A stretch of DNA of 62,549 nt, filler included. It is 4 parts of 4 records of this genome, joined end to end, with 100 filler letters (N's around TTAATTAATTAA, not from the genome) between each part and the next. Parts side by side here need not be neighbours in the genome. Positions count along the whole stretch, not along the records: positions 1 to 5,571 come from DRR378314_1272; positions 5,672 to 14,364 come from DRR378314_1273; 2 more parts are not named here. The stretch is one strand, 5' to 3'. This document shows positions 1 to 10,001 of the stretch, piece after piece. The notes below the pieces were generated by a model. It did no database searches, was not told the origin of the DNA, and saw only the letters and a list, made by a program, of their open reading frames with translations. Made by a program: the position numbers and the translations under genes. Position 1 is the stretch's first letter, and each line of letters starts with the position of its first letter.

Positions 1-721
1 AGTGGCTGGTGTAAATAATGTCATCCGCCCCGCTATCGACGATCATCTGTTTGTAATTTTCCGAGGCGGCAGCCTCGGTCGTCGCTATGAAGGGTGAACC
101 GATATAGCCAAAGTCGGCACCCATGGCCTGCGCACTTAAGACGGAGCTTCCGGTGGCGATGGATCCCGACAGGGCCAGCGGACCATCGAACCATTCGCGG
201 ATTTCCTGAACCAGCGCGAAGGGCGACAGGGCGCCCGCGTGTCCCCCTGCACCGGCGCAGACCGCGATCAGCCCGTCGGCACCTTTGTCGATAGCCTTTT
301 TGGCGTACAGGTTGTTGATGACATCATGAAGTACGACACCGCCGCACCCATGTGCCGCTTCGTTCACATCTTCCCGCGCACCCATGGAGGTGATCCAGAC
401 CGGCACCTTCCAACGGGCACAAATCTCGACGTCGCGTTCGATCCGGTCGTTTGACCTGTGTACGATCTGGTTGACTGCGAAGGGTGCTGCCGGGTTGTCG
501 GGATTGGCCTGATTATGCGCATCAAGTTCTTCGGTGATGCGTTTGAGCCAGGCCTCAAGCAGGGGAGGCTCCCCGTCTTTTTCGCGTGCGTTCAGTGACG
601 GAAAACTGCCGATCACGCCAGCTTTGCACTGGGCGATGACCAATTCGGGTCCAGACACCAGAAACATAGGAGAGCAGATCACGGGCAGGCGCAGACGGCC
701 AAGAGGAGTGTCGGAGTACAT
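1..721 (-). CDS. Nitronate monooxygenase / FabK-like flavin oxidoreductase family, 3' end runs off the window
   Basis: Not in the ORF track because it has no stop in the window. ATG at 721 reads MYSDTPLGRLRLPVICSPMFLVSGPELVIAQCKAGVIGSFPSLNAR, the typical NMO N-terminus (LPVIxSPMF..S.PELV.AQC.AG..GSFP.LNAR). Confidence 0.88.
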   Translation of the reverse strand, partial: MYSDTPLGRLRLPVICSPMFLVSGPELVIAQCKAGVIGSFPSLNAREKDGEPPLLEAWLKRITEELDAHNQANPDNPAAPFAVNQIVHRSNDRIERDVEICARWKVPVWITSMGAREDVNEAAHGCGGVVLHDVINNLYAKKAIDKGADGLIAVCAGAGGHAGALSPFALVQEIREWFDGPLALSGSIATGSSVLSAQAMGADFGYIGSPFIATTEAAASENYKQMIVDSGADDIIYTSH

Positions 722-945
722 GGTCAAATCTCTTCGCTATTTCAACAAGGTCTGACGAAGCCAAGGCTTCGCCGAAGTGTTTGGTTGCCAGATAAGGCGA
801 GCGAAACATCCCTGCCAGAAGATCACAATCACAAAAGGAAAGACCGTGAATTTTACACAAGTCTGTTTTTCGAGCTCAAGCTATGTGCGGTAGATCAACT
901 CCCCAGTAGCGTGTCTGCAGCCGACTCATTCGGGAGGAAGATGCG

Positions 946-1716
946 GTGCCATTGCACTACAGCTACGCGGACGGTGTCGGTCGGATGACCTTCGACTTTC
1001 CCGAGAAGAAAAATGCGCTCGATCAGGCCGCACGCAAGGAGATGGAGCGCATTGTTACGCAAGTGCGGGATGACGAACGTGTCCGCGCACTGTTGATCAC
1101 CGGGACCGGAGGCGCATTCTGCGCGGGCGGCGATATCAATACCTTTGCTGGTTCTACCCCCACGGCCATGCGCGACCGCATGAAGCAACAGCACCGCGTT
1201 ACACAGATGCTCTATGATCTTGAAAAGCCGGTGATAGCAGCGGTTGCAGGGCCTGCGTTTGGTGTCGGGTTCAATATCGCGCTTCTGGCCGACGTGATCC
1301 TTGCCGCCCCGTCAGCCCGGTTCTGTCAGGCCTATGCGCGGGTGGCGATCGTGCCGGATGGCGGCGGGCTTTATCTGTTGTCGCGGGTGGTCGGGACGCA
1401 GCGCGCCAAGGCCATGTTCATGACGGCTCAGGTGATTGGTGCGCAAGAGGCGCAGAATATGGGGATCGTCCATGCGATCCATGAAGAAGCCGCGCTTGAG
1501 GCCGAAGCCTCTGCGCTTGCCACACGTCTGGCCGAAGGGCCCACCCGTGCCTTCGGGCTGGGCAAGGCGATGTTGAACCGAGGCATGGATTGCGATTTCG
1601 CCACCTATCTCGAGATCGAGGCCACAGCCGAAGCCTTTATCATGCAGACCGAAGATCACCGCGAGGCTGTCACGTCTTTCAAGGAAAAGCGCAAGCCGCG
1701 CTTTAGTGGAACATGA
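946..1716 (+). CDS. Enoyl-CoA hydratase/isomerase family, PaaG-like isomerase type
   Basis: GTG start with GGAGG RBS about 8 nt upstream. Motifs FCAGGDI, KPVIAAVAGPAFGVG, VPDGG, C-terminal DHREAVTSFKEKRKPRF. Both canonical crotonase Glu positions are substituted (N, Y); the Asp of PDGG is kept as in PaaG. Confidence 0.9.
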   Translation: MPLHYSYADGVGRMTFDFPEKKNALDQAARKEMERIVTQVRDDERVRALLITGTGGAFCAGGDINTFAGSTPTAMRDRMKQQHRVTQMLYDLEKPVIAAVAGPAFGVGFNIALLADVILAAPSARFCQAYARVAIVPDGGGLYLLSRVVGTQRAKAMFMTAQVIGAQEAQNMGIVHAIHEEAALEAEASALATRLAEGPTRAFGLGKAMLNRGMDCDFATYLEIEATAEAFIMQTEDHREAVTSFKEKRKPRFSGT

Positions 1717-2897
1717 CGGCTGGAGGCGGCCCTCTGTCAGGTCTCAGGGTGATCGACCTGGGGCAGGTCTACCTTGGGCCGTATTGTGGGCTGATGTTCG
1801 CGCTCATGGGGGCCGAGGTTATAAAGGTCGAACCGCCCGGCGGCGACAGTATCCGCGGCATTGCCGGCGGGACTGAAAACCCGGCAGCGATGATGCTGAA
1901 TTCCAGCAAGCAAAGCGTGACGCTCGATCTTCAGTCAGATGATGGGCGGTCCGCGCTGCTGGAACTGGCGGATACCGCCGACGTGCTGATCGAGAATTCC
2001 CGGCCGGGAACCATGGAAAAGCTGGGTCTGGGGTGGGACACACTGTCGGCCCGTAATCCGCGATTGGTTATGGGATCGGGCAAGGGTTATGCCGCCGATT
2101 CCGTTTTCCATGATGCACCTGCGATGGATTTTCCCATTCAGGCCCTTACCGGGCTGATGTCTGTGACCGGATTCGTTGACGGCCCGCCAGTGAAATGCGG
2201 GGCGGCGATCACCGATTTTCTGGGCGGCATCCATCTGTTCGGCGGTATCATGGCCGCACTGCATGCACGCGACAAGACCGGGTGCGGCGACTTTGTTCAA
2301 ATCGCGATGCAAGACGTGGCGCATCACGCGCTGGCGTCGAATATCTCGAGTCTTTTGCTGGCACCCGACGGGTTTGCGGACCGTGCCGGCAACAGTCAGG
2401 CCGTGCTCAAGGTTGCGCCTTATGACCTGTTTTCGGCGCGCGACGGGCAGGTGGCGATCATGTGCCTGAACGATCGCCATTGGGATCAACTGAGCCGTGC
2501 AATGGGCCGCCCCGATCTGGCGGAGGACCCGGAACTGGCCGAGGGGGCCGCGCGCTGTGCCCGGCGTGCCGAGGTCGATGGTTGGGTGCAAGAGTGGACC
2601 TCAAAGCATACCCGCGCCGAGATTTTCGCAGCGTTGAGCGACGCGCGTGTGCCGGGTGCCCCGGTGCGCACACTCGCAGAGGTCGTGTCGGACGACGACA
2701 TGCGGACCCGCGGCATGATCCATGACTTTCCGCACCCGGATTTGGGCACAGTCCCTGTACCCGGGCTGCCGATGAAATTTGCGCGTCACGAACGCGTGGC
2801 GCCCAAGCCCGCTCCAACAGCAGGTGCCGATACGGCGCGTGTTCTGAGCGCCCTGCGCCAGGCCAGGCTTTCCACATTATCAAAGGAATCTAACTGA
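1713..2897 (+). CDS. CaiB/BaiF family (class III) CoA-transferase
   Basis: GPLSGLRVIDL..GPY, GAEVIKVEPPGGD, ADVLIENSRPG, catalytic Asp in GAAITDFLGG. Overlaps the upstream stop (ATGA), indicating translational coupling. Confidence 0.93.
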   Translation: MTAGGGPLSGLRVIDLGQVYLGPYCGLMFALMGAEVIKVEPPGGDSIRGIAGGTENPAAMMLNSSKQSVTLDLQSDDGRSALLELADTADVLIENSRPGTMEKLGLGWDTLSARNPRLVMGSGKGYAADSVFHDAPAMDFPIQALTGLMSVTGFVDGPPVKCGAAITDFLGGIHLFGGIMAALHARDKTGCGDFVQIAMQDVAHHALASNISSLLLAPDGFADRAGNSQAVLKVAPYDLFSARDGQVAIMCLNDRHWDQLSRAMGRPDLAEDPELAEGAARCARRAEVDGWVQEWTSKHTRAEIFAALSDARVPGAPVRTLAEVVSDDDMRTRGMIHDFPHPDLGTVPVPGLPMKFARHERVAPKPAPTAGADTARVLSALRQARLSTLSKESN

Positions 2898-2898
2898 C

Positions 2899-4077
2899 AT
2901 GTTCAAGCTCGATCCGGAACTCGAAGATTTTCGCTCAGAGGCCCGCAAACTGGCCGAAGGGGAGTTCGCCTCAAAGGCTGCCTATTGGGACGAGAAAGAG
3001 GAATTCCCAGCCGCGAACCGCGACAAGTTGGCCGAGCTTGGCTATCTGGGCATGTTCATCCCGGAAGAATACGGCGGTTCCGGCGCGCCGGTGGTGCAGG
3101 GCACGGTCTTTCTGGAGGAAATGGCGCGGGTCTGCTTCAATACAGCGCTGGTTTCGCAGCTATACCTGAACGGTCCTTCGCGGGCGATCAGCGTTCTGGG
3201 CAGCGACGAACAGAAAAAGCGGTTCCTGCCGGATATGGCGGCGGGCAAGAAATTCATCGCCATCGCCATCAGCGAGCCTGAGGCCGGGTCGGCGGTTACC
3301 GACCTGCGTACCACAGCGACAAAGGATGGCGACGGCTGGGTGCTGAATGGCAACAAATGCTGGTCGACCGGCGCGCATGTAGCCGATTATGCGCTGGTCT
3401 TCTGCCGCTTCGGCAAGGCGAGCGGGGCAAAGGGGATCGGTGCCTTCATCATTGATCTGAAAAAAACCGGGGCGCGGATCGGCCACATATCGTCAAAGAT
3501 GGGCGGTCGGGGTCTGACCGAGGCTGAGATCATTCTTGAAAACTACAAGGCCGGTCCGGAGGACGTGTTGGTCGAGGGTGATCCGGAAAGCTCGCGTTCG
3601 TTCGCACTGCTGATGAGCAGTTTCGGACCTGAACGTGTGGGCAATGCGGCGATGTGCGTGGGGCTGGCGCAAGGTGCCTTTGAGGCGGCCAAGGAATATT
3701 CCGAGATCCGCCACCAATTTGGACGTCCCATCAACGAATTTCAGGGCCTGCAATGGAAGGTCGCCGATATGGCGACGCAGATCCATGCGGCGCGGCTGAT
3801 GGTATACCGCGCCGCCACCAACCCCGCGCCGAACGGCTTTCCAGATCCGATGGATGCGACCATGGCCAAGCTTTATGCCAACGAAATGGCGCAGCGGGTG
3901 ACGAACGAGGCGCTGCAGATTCATGGCCATAACGGCTATACGCGCGAATACCCGCTGGAACGGATGGTGCGTGACGCGCGTGGTTTCGCGCTTGGCGGTG
4001 GCACGGTTGAAATCTTGCGCAACACGATTGCCGCCATGGTCTATGGCCACAGCTTCAACCAGAGACGGGGAGGGTAG
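2899..4077 (+). CDS. Acyl-CoA dehydrogenase family protein (catalytic Glu at the IVD/LCAD position)
   Basis: IPEEYGGSG, ISEPEAGS, LNGNKCW, GPERVG, RHQFGRPI..FQGLQW, QIHG..GY..EYPLER..RDAR. Confidence 0.93.
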   Translation: MFKLDPELEDFRSEARKLAEGEFASKAAYWDEKEEFPAANRDKLAELGYLGMFIPEEYGGSGAPVVQGTVFLEEMARVCFNTALVSQLYLNGPSRAISVLGSDEQKKRFLPDMAAGKKFIAIAISEPEAGSAVTDLRTTATKDGDGWVLNGNKCWSTGAHVADYALVFCRFGKASGAKGIGAFIIDLKKTGARIGHISSKMGGRGLTEAEIILENYKAGPEDVLVEGDPESSRSFALLMSSFGPERVGNAAMCVGLAQGAFEAAKEYSEIRHQFGRPINEFQGLQWKVADMATQIHAARLMVYRAATNPAPNGFPDPMDATMAKLYANEMAQRVTNEALQIHGHNGYTREYPLERMVRDARGFALGGGTVEILRNTIAAMVYGHSFNQRRGG

Positions 4078-4082
4078 GGCGC

Positions 4083-5237
4083 ATGCACCCCTCCTTGTTG
4101 AACGAAGAACAGATTGCGCTGAAAGACGCGGCGCGCAAGCTGGCACTGGGTGAATTCCGCGACCGTGCGGCGCGCTGGGATCGCGAGGGCATCTATCCGG
4201 ATGAGAACCATCATCGCCTGAGCGAACTTGGCTATCTGGGCATGACCATCCCCGAGGATTTTGGCGGCGGCGGCGTTTCGTTGGTCGATTGCTATCTGGT
4301 GGTGGAGGAACTGGCGAAGGTGGATTTCAATACGGCGCTGATTGTCCACGATCAAAACGTGTCACCCCGGATCATCGCCACATGCGGCACCGACGAACTG
4401 AAGCGCGCTTTCCTGCCCCGCTTCGCGGCGGGCGAGATCGAATGCGCGATTTCCTGGACCGAACCAGAGGCAGGTTCGGATGCCACAGCGGTGAGGACCT
4501 CGTTGCGCGCCGAGGGCAATGACTTCGTGCTGAACGGCGGCAAAATCTTCACGACCTTCGGCGACCGGGCCGATTATCTTCTGGTTTATGCGCGATTCTG
4601 CGAGAGCAAGGGCGCGCGGGGCATCGGTACGGTTTTGGTGGAACGTGACAGCCCCGGCGTGACGGTGAACATCCTTGAACAGAAGATGGGCGCGCGCGGA
4701 TGCAACGAATGCGAAATCCACTTTGACGATGTTCGGGTGCCTGCGGGAAATATCGTGACAGAGGGTCTGGCCGAGAATTCCAGCGGCTTTGTCCGCCCGC
4801 TGGGTGTCTACAATGGGACCCGAGTGGGCATGGGAGTTCTGGCTCTTGGTGTGGCCGAAGGCGCGTTTGACCTTGCCTGCGACTACATGAAAACCCGCAA
4901 CCAGTTCGGCAAGACGTTGTCGGCCATGCAGGGCCTGCAATGGATGATGTCGGACATGAAGGTGCAGATCGAGGCCGCCCGGTCGCTGTGTTACTCCGCG
5001 CTGTCGCTGATTGACCGGGGTCAACCCGATCCGACGCTGTCTTCGATTGCCAAGGTTCAGGCAACCGAGATGGCGCAGCGCGTGACCCACGACGCCATGC
5101 AGATGTTCGGCGGCTATGGCTATTTCGGATCGCTTCCGCTGGAGCGGATGGTGCGGGATGTGCGGATGCTGACGATTACCGGCGGCACGACCCAGATACA
5201 CAAGAACGGGATCGCAAGGGCGCTGTTCGCTGACTGA
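4083..5237 (+). CDS. Acyl-CoA dehydrogenase family protein (no evident catalytic Glu)
   Basis: IPEDFGGGG, WTEPEAGSDA, LNGGKIF, RNQFGK, QMFGGYGY, RDVR..TITGGT. Starts 5 nt after the upstream stop. Confidence 0.92.
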   Translation: MHPSLLNEEQIALKDAARKLALGEFRDRAARWDREGIYPDENHHRLSELGYLGMTIPEDFGGGGVSLVDCYLVVEELAKVDFNTALIVHDQNVSPRIIATCGTDELKRAFLPRFAAGEIECAISWTEPEAGSDATAVRTSLRAEGNDFVLNGGKIFTTFGDRADYLLVYARFCESKGARGIGTVLVERDSPGVTVNILEQKMGARGCNECEIHFDDVRVPAGNIVTEGLAENSSGFVRPLGVYNGTRVGMGVLALGVAEGAFDLACDYMKTRNQFGKTLSAMQGLQWMMSDMKVQIEAARSLCYSALSLIDRGQPDPTLSSIAKVQATEMAQRVTHDAMQMFGGYGYFGSLPLERMVRDVRMLTITGGTTQIHKNGIARALFAD

Positions 5238-5264
5238 CAGATTTTCGCCTGGGGAGGGGCGGTC

Positions 5265-5571
5265 ATGGAAAATGAAATTACAGTTGAACGCAAGGATGGC
5301 CTGGCCGTCGTTTCGTTGAACCGACCGGACAAGCTGAATGCGCTGACCCTTGAAATGCGGGTCGAGATTATGGAGTGCTTTCGCCAGATGCACACTGATC
5401 CTGAGGTTCGGGCGGTGCTTCTGAGGGCCGAGGGCCGCGCCTTTTGTGCGGGCGCGGATATCTCTACCATGGGCAAAGACGATGTCTGGGGTGATCGTGC
5501 GCGTTTGCACCGGGCGCACCAGATGATCCTGTCCATCTACAACTGCGAAAAGCCCGTGGTGGCTGCAGTGC
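5265..5571 (+). CDS. Enoyl-CoA hydratase/isomerase family, truncated by contig end
   Basis: GGAGG RBS; SLNRPDKLNAL, DPEVRAVLL, AFCAGADI, EKPVVAAV, then the N-run. Confidence 0.9.
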
Positions 5572-5671
5572 NNNNNNNNNNNNNNNNNNNNNNNNNNNNN
5601 NNNNNNNNNNNNNNNTTAATTAATTAANNNNNNNNNNNNNNNNNNNNNNNNNNNNNNNNNNNNNNNNNNNN
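5572..5671. other. Artificial contig linker (N44-TTAATTAATTAA-N44, stops in six frames)
   Basis: The identical 100-nt spacer occurs three times and genes are truncated on both sides. Confidence 0.97.
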
Positions 5672-5952
5672 AAAGTCGCAACACGCACGACAAGCTGGCA
5701 CGCGCTACGGAGCTGCAATCGCTGTAATCTAACCCCAAGTCAACAGTAAAACAAATACACCACGTCGACAATCGGACCCAATCAAACTACGTTATAACAC
5801 CCCTGTGTGAAAGTCGGAAAAACATGAACATGGCAGCTACATTACCAGATTGGATACTCTTCCACAAGCAGCCCGCCCTACCAAGCAATCGCCACGCCGC
5901 AACGACCGCACCGCACTCGTCCAGCAAACTCCCTCTTTCACAAGCCGCATAC

Positions 5953-8912
5953 CTCCGCTGCACTAGGTCGCTTCAGCGGGTCAAACGCAAGCAGTTGCGA
6001 AAGAAGTGCCCGAGCTGCTGGTGACGCATTCGGGAAAAGCTGCGCGAGGGGAGTTCCGGGAACATTCTCAAACGCGATATACGCAGGAAGCGTTTCCATT
6101 CCCTGCAACAAGCACACGCGAGAAAACACCATGAGCAGAAACGGAGTTGAAAACAAAAAACGTCACGGACACTGCACATGAGTACGCATCATTCACAGCC
6201 CCTACGCATCGCAGCTTATTGCGTTCATCCAGGATGCTGCAATACGTGCATACGCAAAATAAAAATGCAAACATGAAGAAACACAGCGAAATCCACTATC
6301 GCTGGCCAACGTCGCGGCGTGGGAAACCGGGAAGCAGGGGGTAGTAAACACTCGCCCAGATCCATCTGGAGCGTCCGCCGGCACCGATACCAAGAAACTA
6401 AATGCAATACAGATAATGAAGAGCAGCGAACCATACGAAGCGTTGCCATCACATCGATAGAATGCGGTCAAGTGACGCGCATGCAACGAAATGCGCGCGC
6501 AGAGCGCCAAGTGGAAGCGGCCCAGTACATCCATAGGGTTGCAAATGGACAGATCCCCGCTTCTCTCTCGCACGGATCACAAACGAAATCGTAGAGAATA
6601 CAGCAAACGCAGGTACAGATTCATGCCGCATAATCAGGCTACAATTATGTGGAAATAATAATCCTACCATGCGGGCGTGCGGAAGCGAACCATGTACCGT
6701 ACCTCCCAATCCTCCGCGCTAGGCGTGCCAAGCGCCGCAAAGATTTTACCGAGCTGCTGCATGTCGCTCTCGCCAGCGAAATACGGCACGCGGAGCATCA
6801 TCTCCGCAAATATACATCCGACGCTCCACATGTCAACAGCTACACGAATAAAAATTATTAGGCCGTGATTGTACAGATTAAGAACCACAAAACGCACAAG
6901 CGAAGGCTTCCAGGCGCACTGCGCACAACAAAGAGAAAGCAAAAACGAAAAGAGAACATCCAAAGCATGACAAAAGCACAGAGCTTCATAACTAGCGCAC
7001 TCGCAGCCCCCCTCGGAATTCGCAAGCCAATGCCAAGCTGTGCGCAAACCTCCAGCGTAACACACCAATCTTCAATGTATCAATGCACAAGTTCTCTCGA
7101 AAAGGCAAAAGTTGCGCTACCCTGAGCACGTATTCGCATACCTGATCCGTAGGCGCGGGCGCCAAAGAGAAGCTCGGGTGCTCGGTACCACCTGCAAGAG
7201 CACAGGCCCATCAGACGCCGCGACATTAGCAGGAGAACTGGTGGGAATAAAAAACCAATCAAACGCGCCCTAGGCACGCTCACCATCTCTTGTGGCGCAC
7301 ATAGCATGCACCCCTATCTCATGGACTGACTCTTTCATGCAGAAGAACCCTCAATTACAAAAGACGCTAGCAGCAAAAACGGACCAGCGCTAGCGATAGC
7401 AAGCGCCGTCGCCCCTCCGACAGCGAAGCAGGAGCAGTGGCTGATCGCGCACCGACGCAAGCGGGCCCGCCGCGCGCACCTGGTCACAACCGAGTGGGTA
7501 TACTTTGGATTCGGACTGCCAAAAAATCGTGCCAGGCCAAAATCTGCAATCTTGAGCGTGCCATCGCGATGAATCAGAAGATTATCCGGTTTGAGATCCT
7601 GCACAAGCACGACCGCGTCGTGACGGAAATGCACACTTAGGCGACATTGTACGCGACGCTTCGAGCAGAAACATCAAAACGTGAGCGCAAGCGGACGACA
7701 CCCGACAGGAACAAATGCATTCCCCAAGGTCGTACGCAAATCAAGCAGCGGACTCGTACCCTGTGTATTACCCACTTGCTGTGTAAATGCGCGACGCCAG
7801 CCAGCAGCATGCGCATGTACGCTTTGACATCACGTTCGCGGAGTGGTATCGTGGCGTCCTTGATCACAGCGTCCAAATCAGTTTCGAGGTACTCAAATAC
7901 TAGATTCACGTTCGCTTTGTGCTTGTATACGTCGAGAAGCTGGACGAACAAGGTACCGCATGAGGAATCAGCAAAAATTAACAGAGGACACATCCATAAT
8001 TTTATGACGTAAAGCTGCGGTACTCGCACTACAGGTCTCGTGAAGCTTCGCAAGCCGCGCCGTCGCAACGCCCAGCCGCCAATTCGCAAACTAGTAGTTG
8101 TGCGCTGCCCCGCCCTTCCGAGTGTGCTACACGGCACGGGTGCCATAGCAAACCCACATACCTCGACAACATTCGGATGGCGAGTTTCTTGCAGCACACC
8201 TATCTCGCGCAAGGACGTAAAATCGATTCCGTCACTGTGCTCACGCTTGAGCATGCGTAGCTTCTTAATCGCCACAATGCGGCCCGTGTCGACTTCGCGC
8301 GCTTTGTGCACAACACCAAAAGTTCCCTCGCCAAGCACGCCAAGTTTCTCGTACCTACATAGGTAACAGTTCCGTCAAAGTAAAATAAGGTATGGCACTA
8401 CAATTTTCACTCGCTGTTATGAAGCATAGTACAAGTGGACGCGGTGCGCACGTCTGCAGTGTACGCGACCGGTATTACCCTCAAACGTCCTTCAGACGTG
8501 CAGCACCAGCCGTGCCGCGCGCTGGCGGGAAGCACGGCTGCTTCCAGGAACACCACCTACGAGCACGTGCACTGTCGCTGGCAGCCGCGCGAGCAAGAGA
8601 TTCTCAACGCTGGGGTCCATCGAAGCGCTGAGTAAGCCAGATAGTAGCAAATGTGGACCATAGAGGCGCGAGTGATGGACGACGCGCCCTTTGTGAGGAG
8701 GCGCAGAAGGACCAATCGTGGACTACGCAGCAGGCGTAGCCGCTAGCGCGCCAGCACCGCCAGCGAACCAGCTTCCACACGCACGCTCACCGTACGGCGT
8801 TTTCTTCAAGAGCAGAAAAAATTCAAAACGAAAGACAACCTGCAATCCAATGGTACGTATGATGCACAAGACATAGAACGCACCGGTAAGCATGGTCTTC
8901 CTCCAGCGCCAT
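5953..8912 (-). CDS. CDK7: Cyclin-dependent kinase 7 (CDK-activating kinase / TFIIH kinase), spliced, 3' end beyond contig edge
   Basis: Phase-consistent exons 8912-8884, 8354-8162, 7939-7760, 7598-7480, 7191-7142, 6839-6703, 6102-5953 give [23 protein letters not shown]...[11 protein letters not shown]...[10 protein letters not shown]...[36 protein letters not shown]. The C-helix and T-loop are CDK7/CDKD-type. Confidence 0.92.
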
Positions 8913-10001
8913 AGCTGCCACGCGTACGGAAGCGCGCCAACCGACCAAACTTCGAAACAAGGCTCCCCGATCATGGGTGGCACGCCCGAGCGCAAGAGCG
9001 CCGCATAGAGGCGCTGCAAGACCAACTCCCTAACCCCATCCCCAGCCACGTATTGCCCTCGCGGTGCTGGCACGAGCTCTGCTGCCATCGGAGTCCCGCC
9101 CCTCTTCCCCCGCCAATTTCGTTGTAACAATGTACAAGAAGTATTCCACGTATATGCAAATTATAAGGAATATCTCGTACATAAATCTTTTCCGCATGCA
9201 AAGGGAGAAAGCAGCCCATATCGGAGCATTGAGTTGCGGCTGTGCTGCTCCAGTTCGAGAGCACTTCTTGCGGGACGCGTTCCATCCAATTTTACCGGAG
9301 CGCCGCCCGTCACGGGTGGCAAATTCGTCAGCTATCTTCGGCAAGCGATCGTCACTTTTTATCACTTCTCCAGTAGAATGGTAAAATATCTTTATTGATT
9401 TGCGCGCGAATACTTTAAGCTTCCAGAGCGCGTTCGAATTCCGCTCGGCAGACGAAGCAGGAGGTAAAAATGCACGGCTCGTCAACCCCAGCGACCAACG
9501 GGCGCCGAGGGTGCCGAGTAAGCCCTCGGCAACGGCGTATCAAAAACGGGATTCGCGATAAGGCATCCTAGCGCACTTGTGAGAGAGAAAGGCACACCGC
9601 TGTTCTGGACTTGTTGAATTGACGATACTCTCCACACAGACGGAGTAGCCGGTACGCTGCAAATTTGCGAACCCTGTCCACATTGCGAGCTAGACCGGAA
9701 AACCTGCCTTCTGGCCAGAAACCGCAGGGCTTGCCGGGTGACCGTGCGCTCGTATGGGAAGCGTCGCCGCGTCCGCAGCGCTCCCCATATCGCCGCCACC
9801 CTACCCCTCCAACCAACGCCGGAGAGCGCCTGTCGCGCCCGCCGCGGCACGCTGCCAAGTCCCACACTCGGACTCGCCGCGCGCGGGAGCTGCTTCTTGG
9901 GTCGCGCGCACGAGCTTGTGCGGAGTACCTGCGCTGGATCTTTGGATACCGAAAATCACTGCAACGCTTTTGCCGGACCCGATCGTAACGAAGTTCAAGC
10001 A

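Noticed and set aside
2899-5237. 3-sulfinopropionyl-CoA desulfinase (Acd) call for the ACADs
   Set aside because: The C-terminal motifs and gene context resemble that clade as I recall it, but the positions matching its Arg/Cys/Gln signature appear substituted in both proteins.
4362-5519. 385-aa minus-strand ORF
   Set aside because: Antisense shadow of a GC-rich ACAD gene with no recognisable motifs; the same applies to 3493-4146 and 1935-2591.
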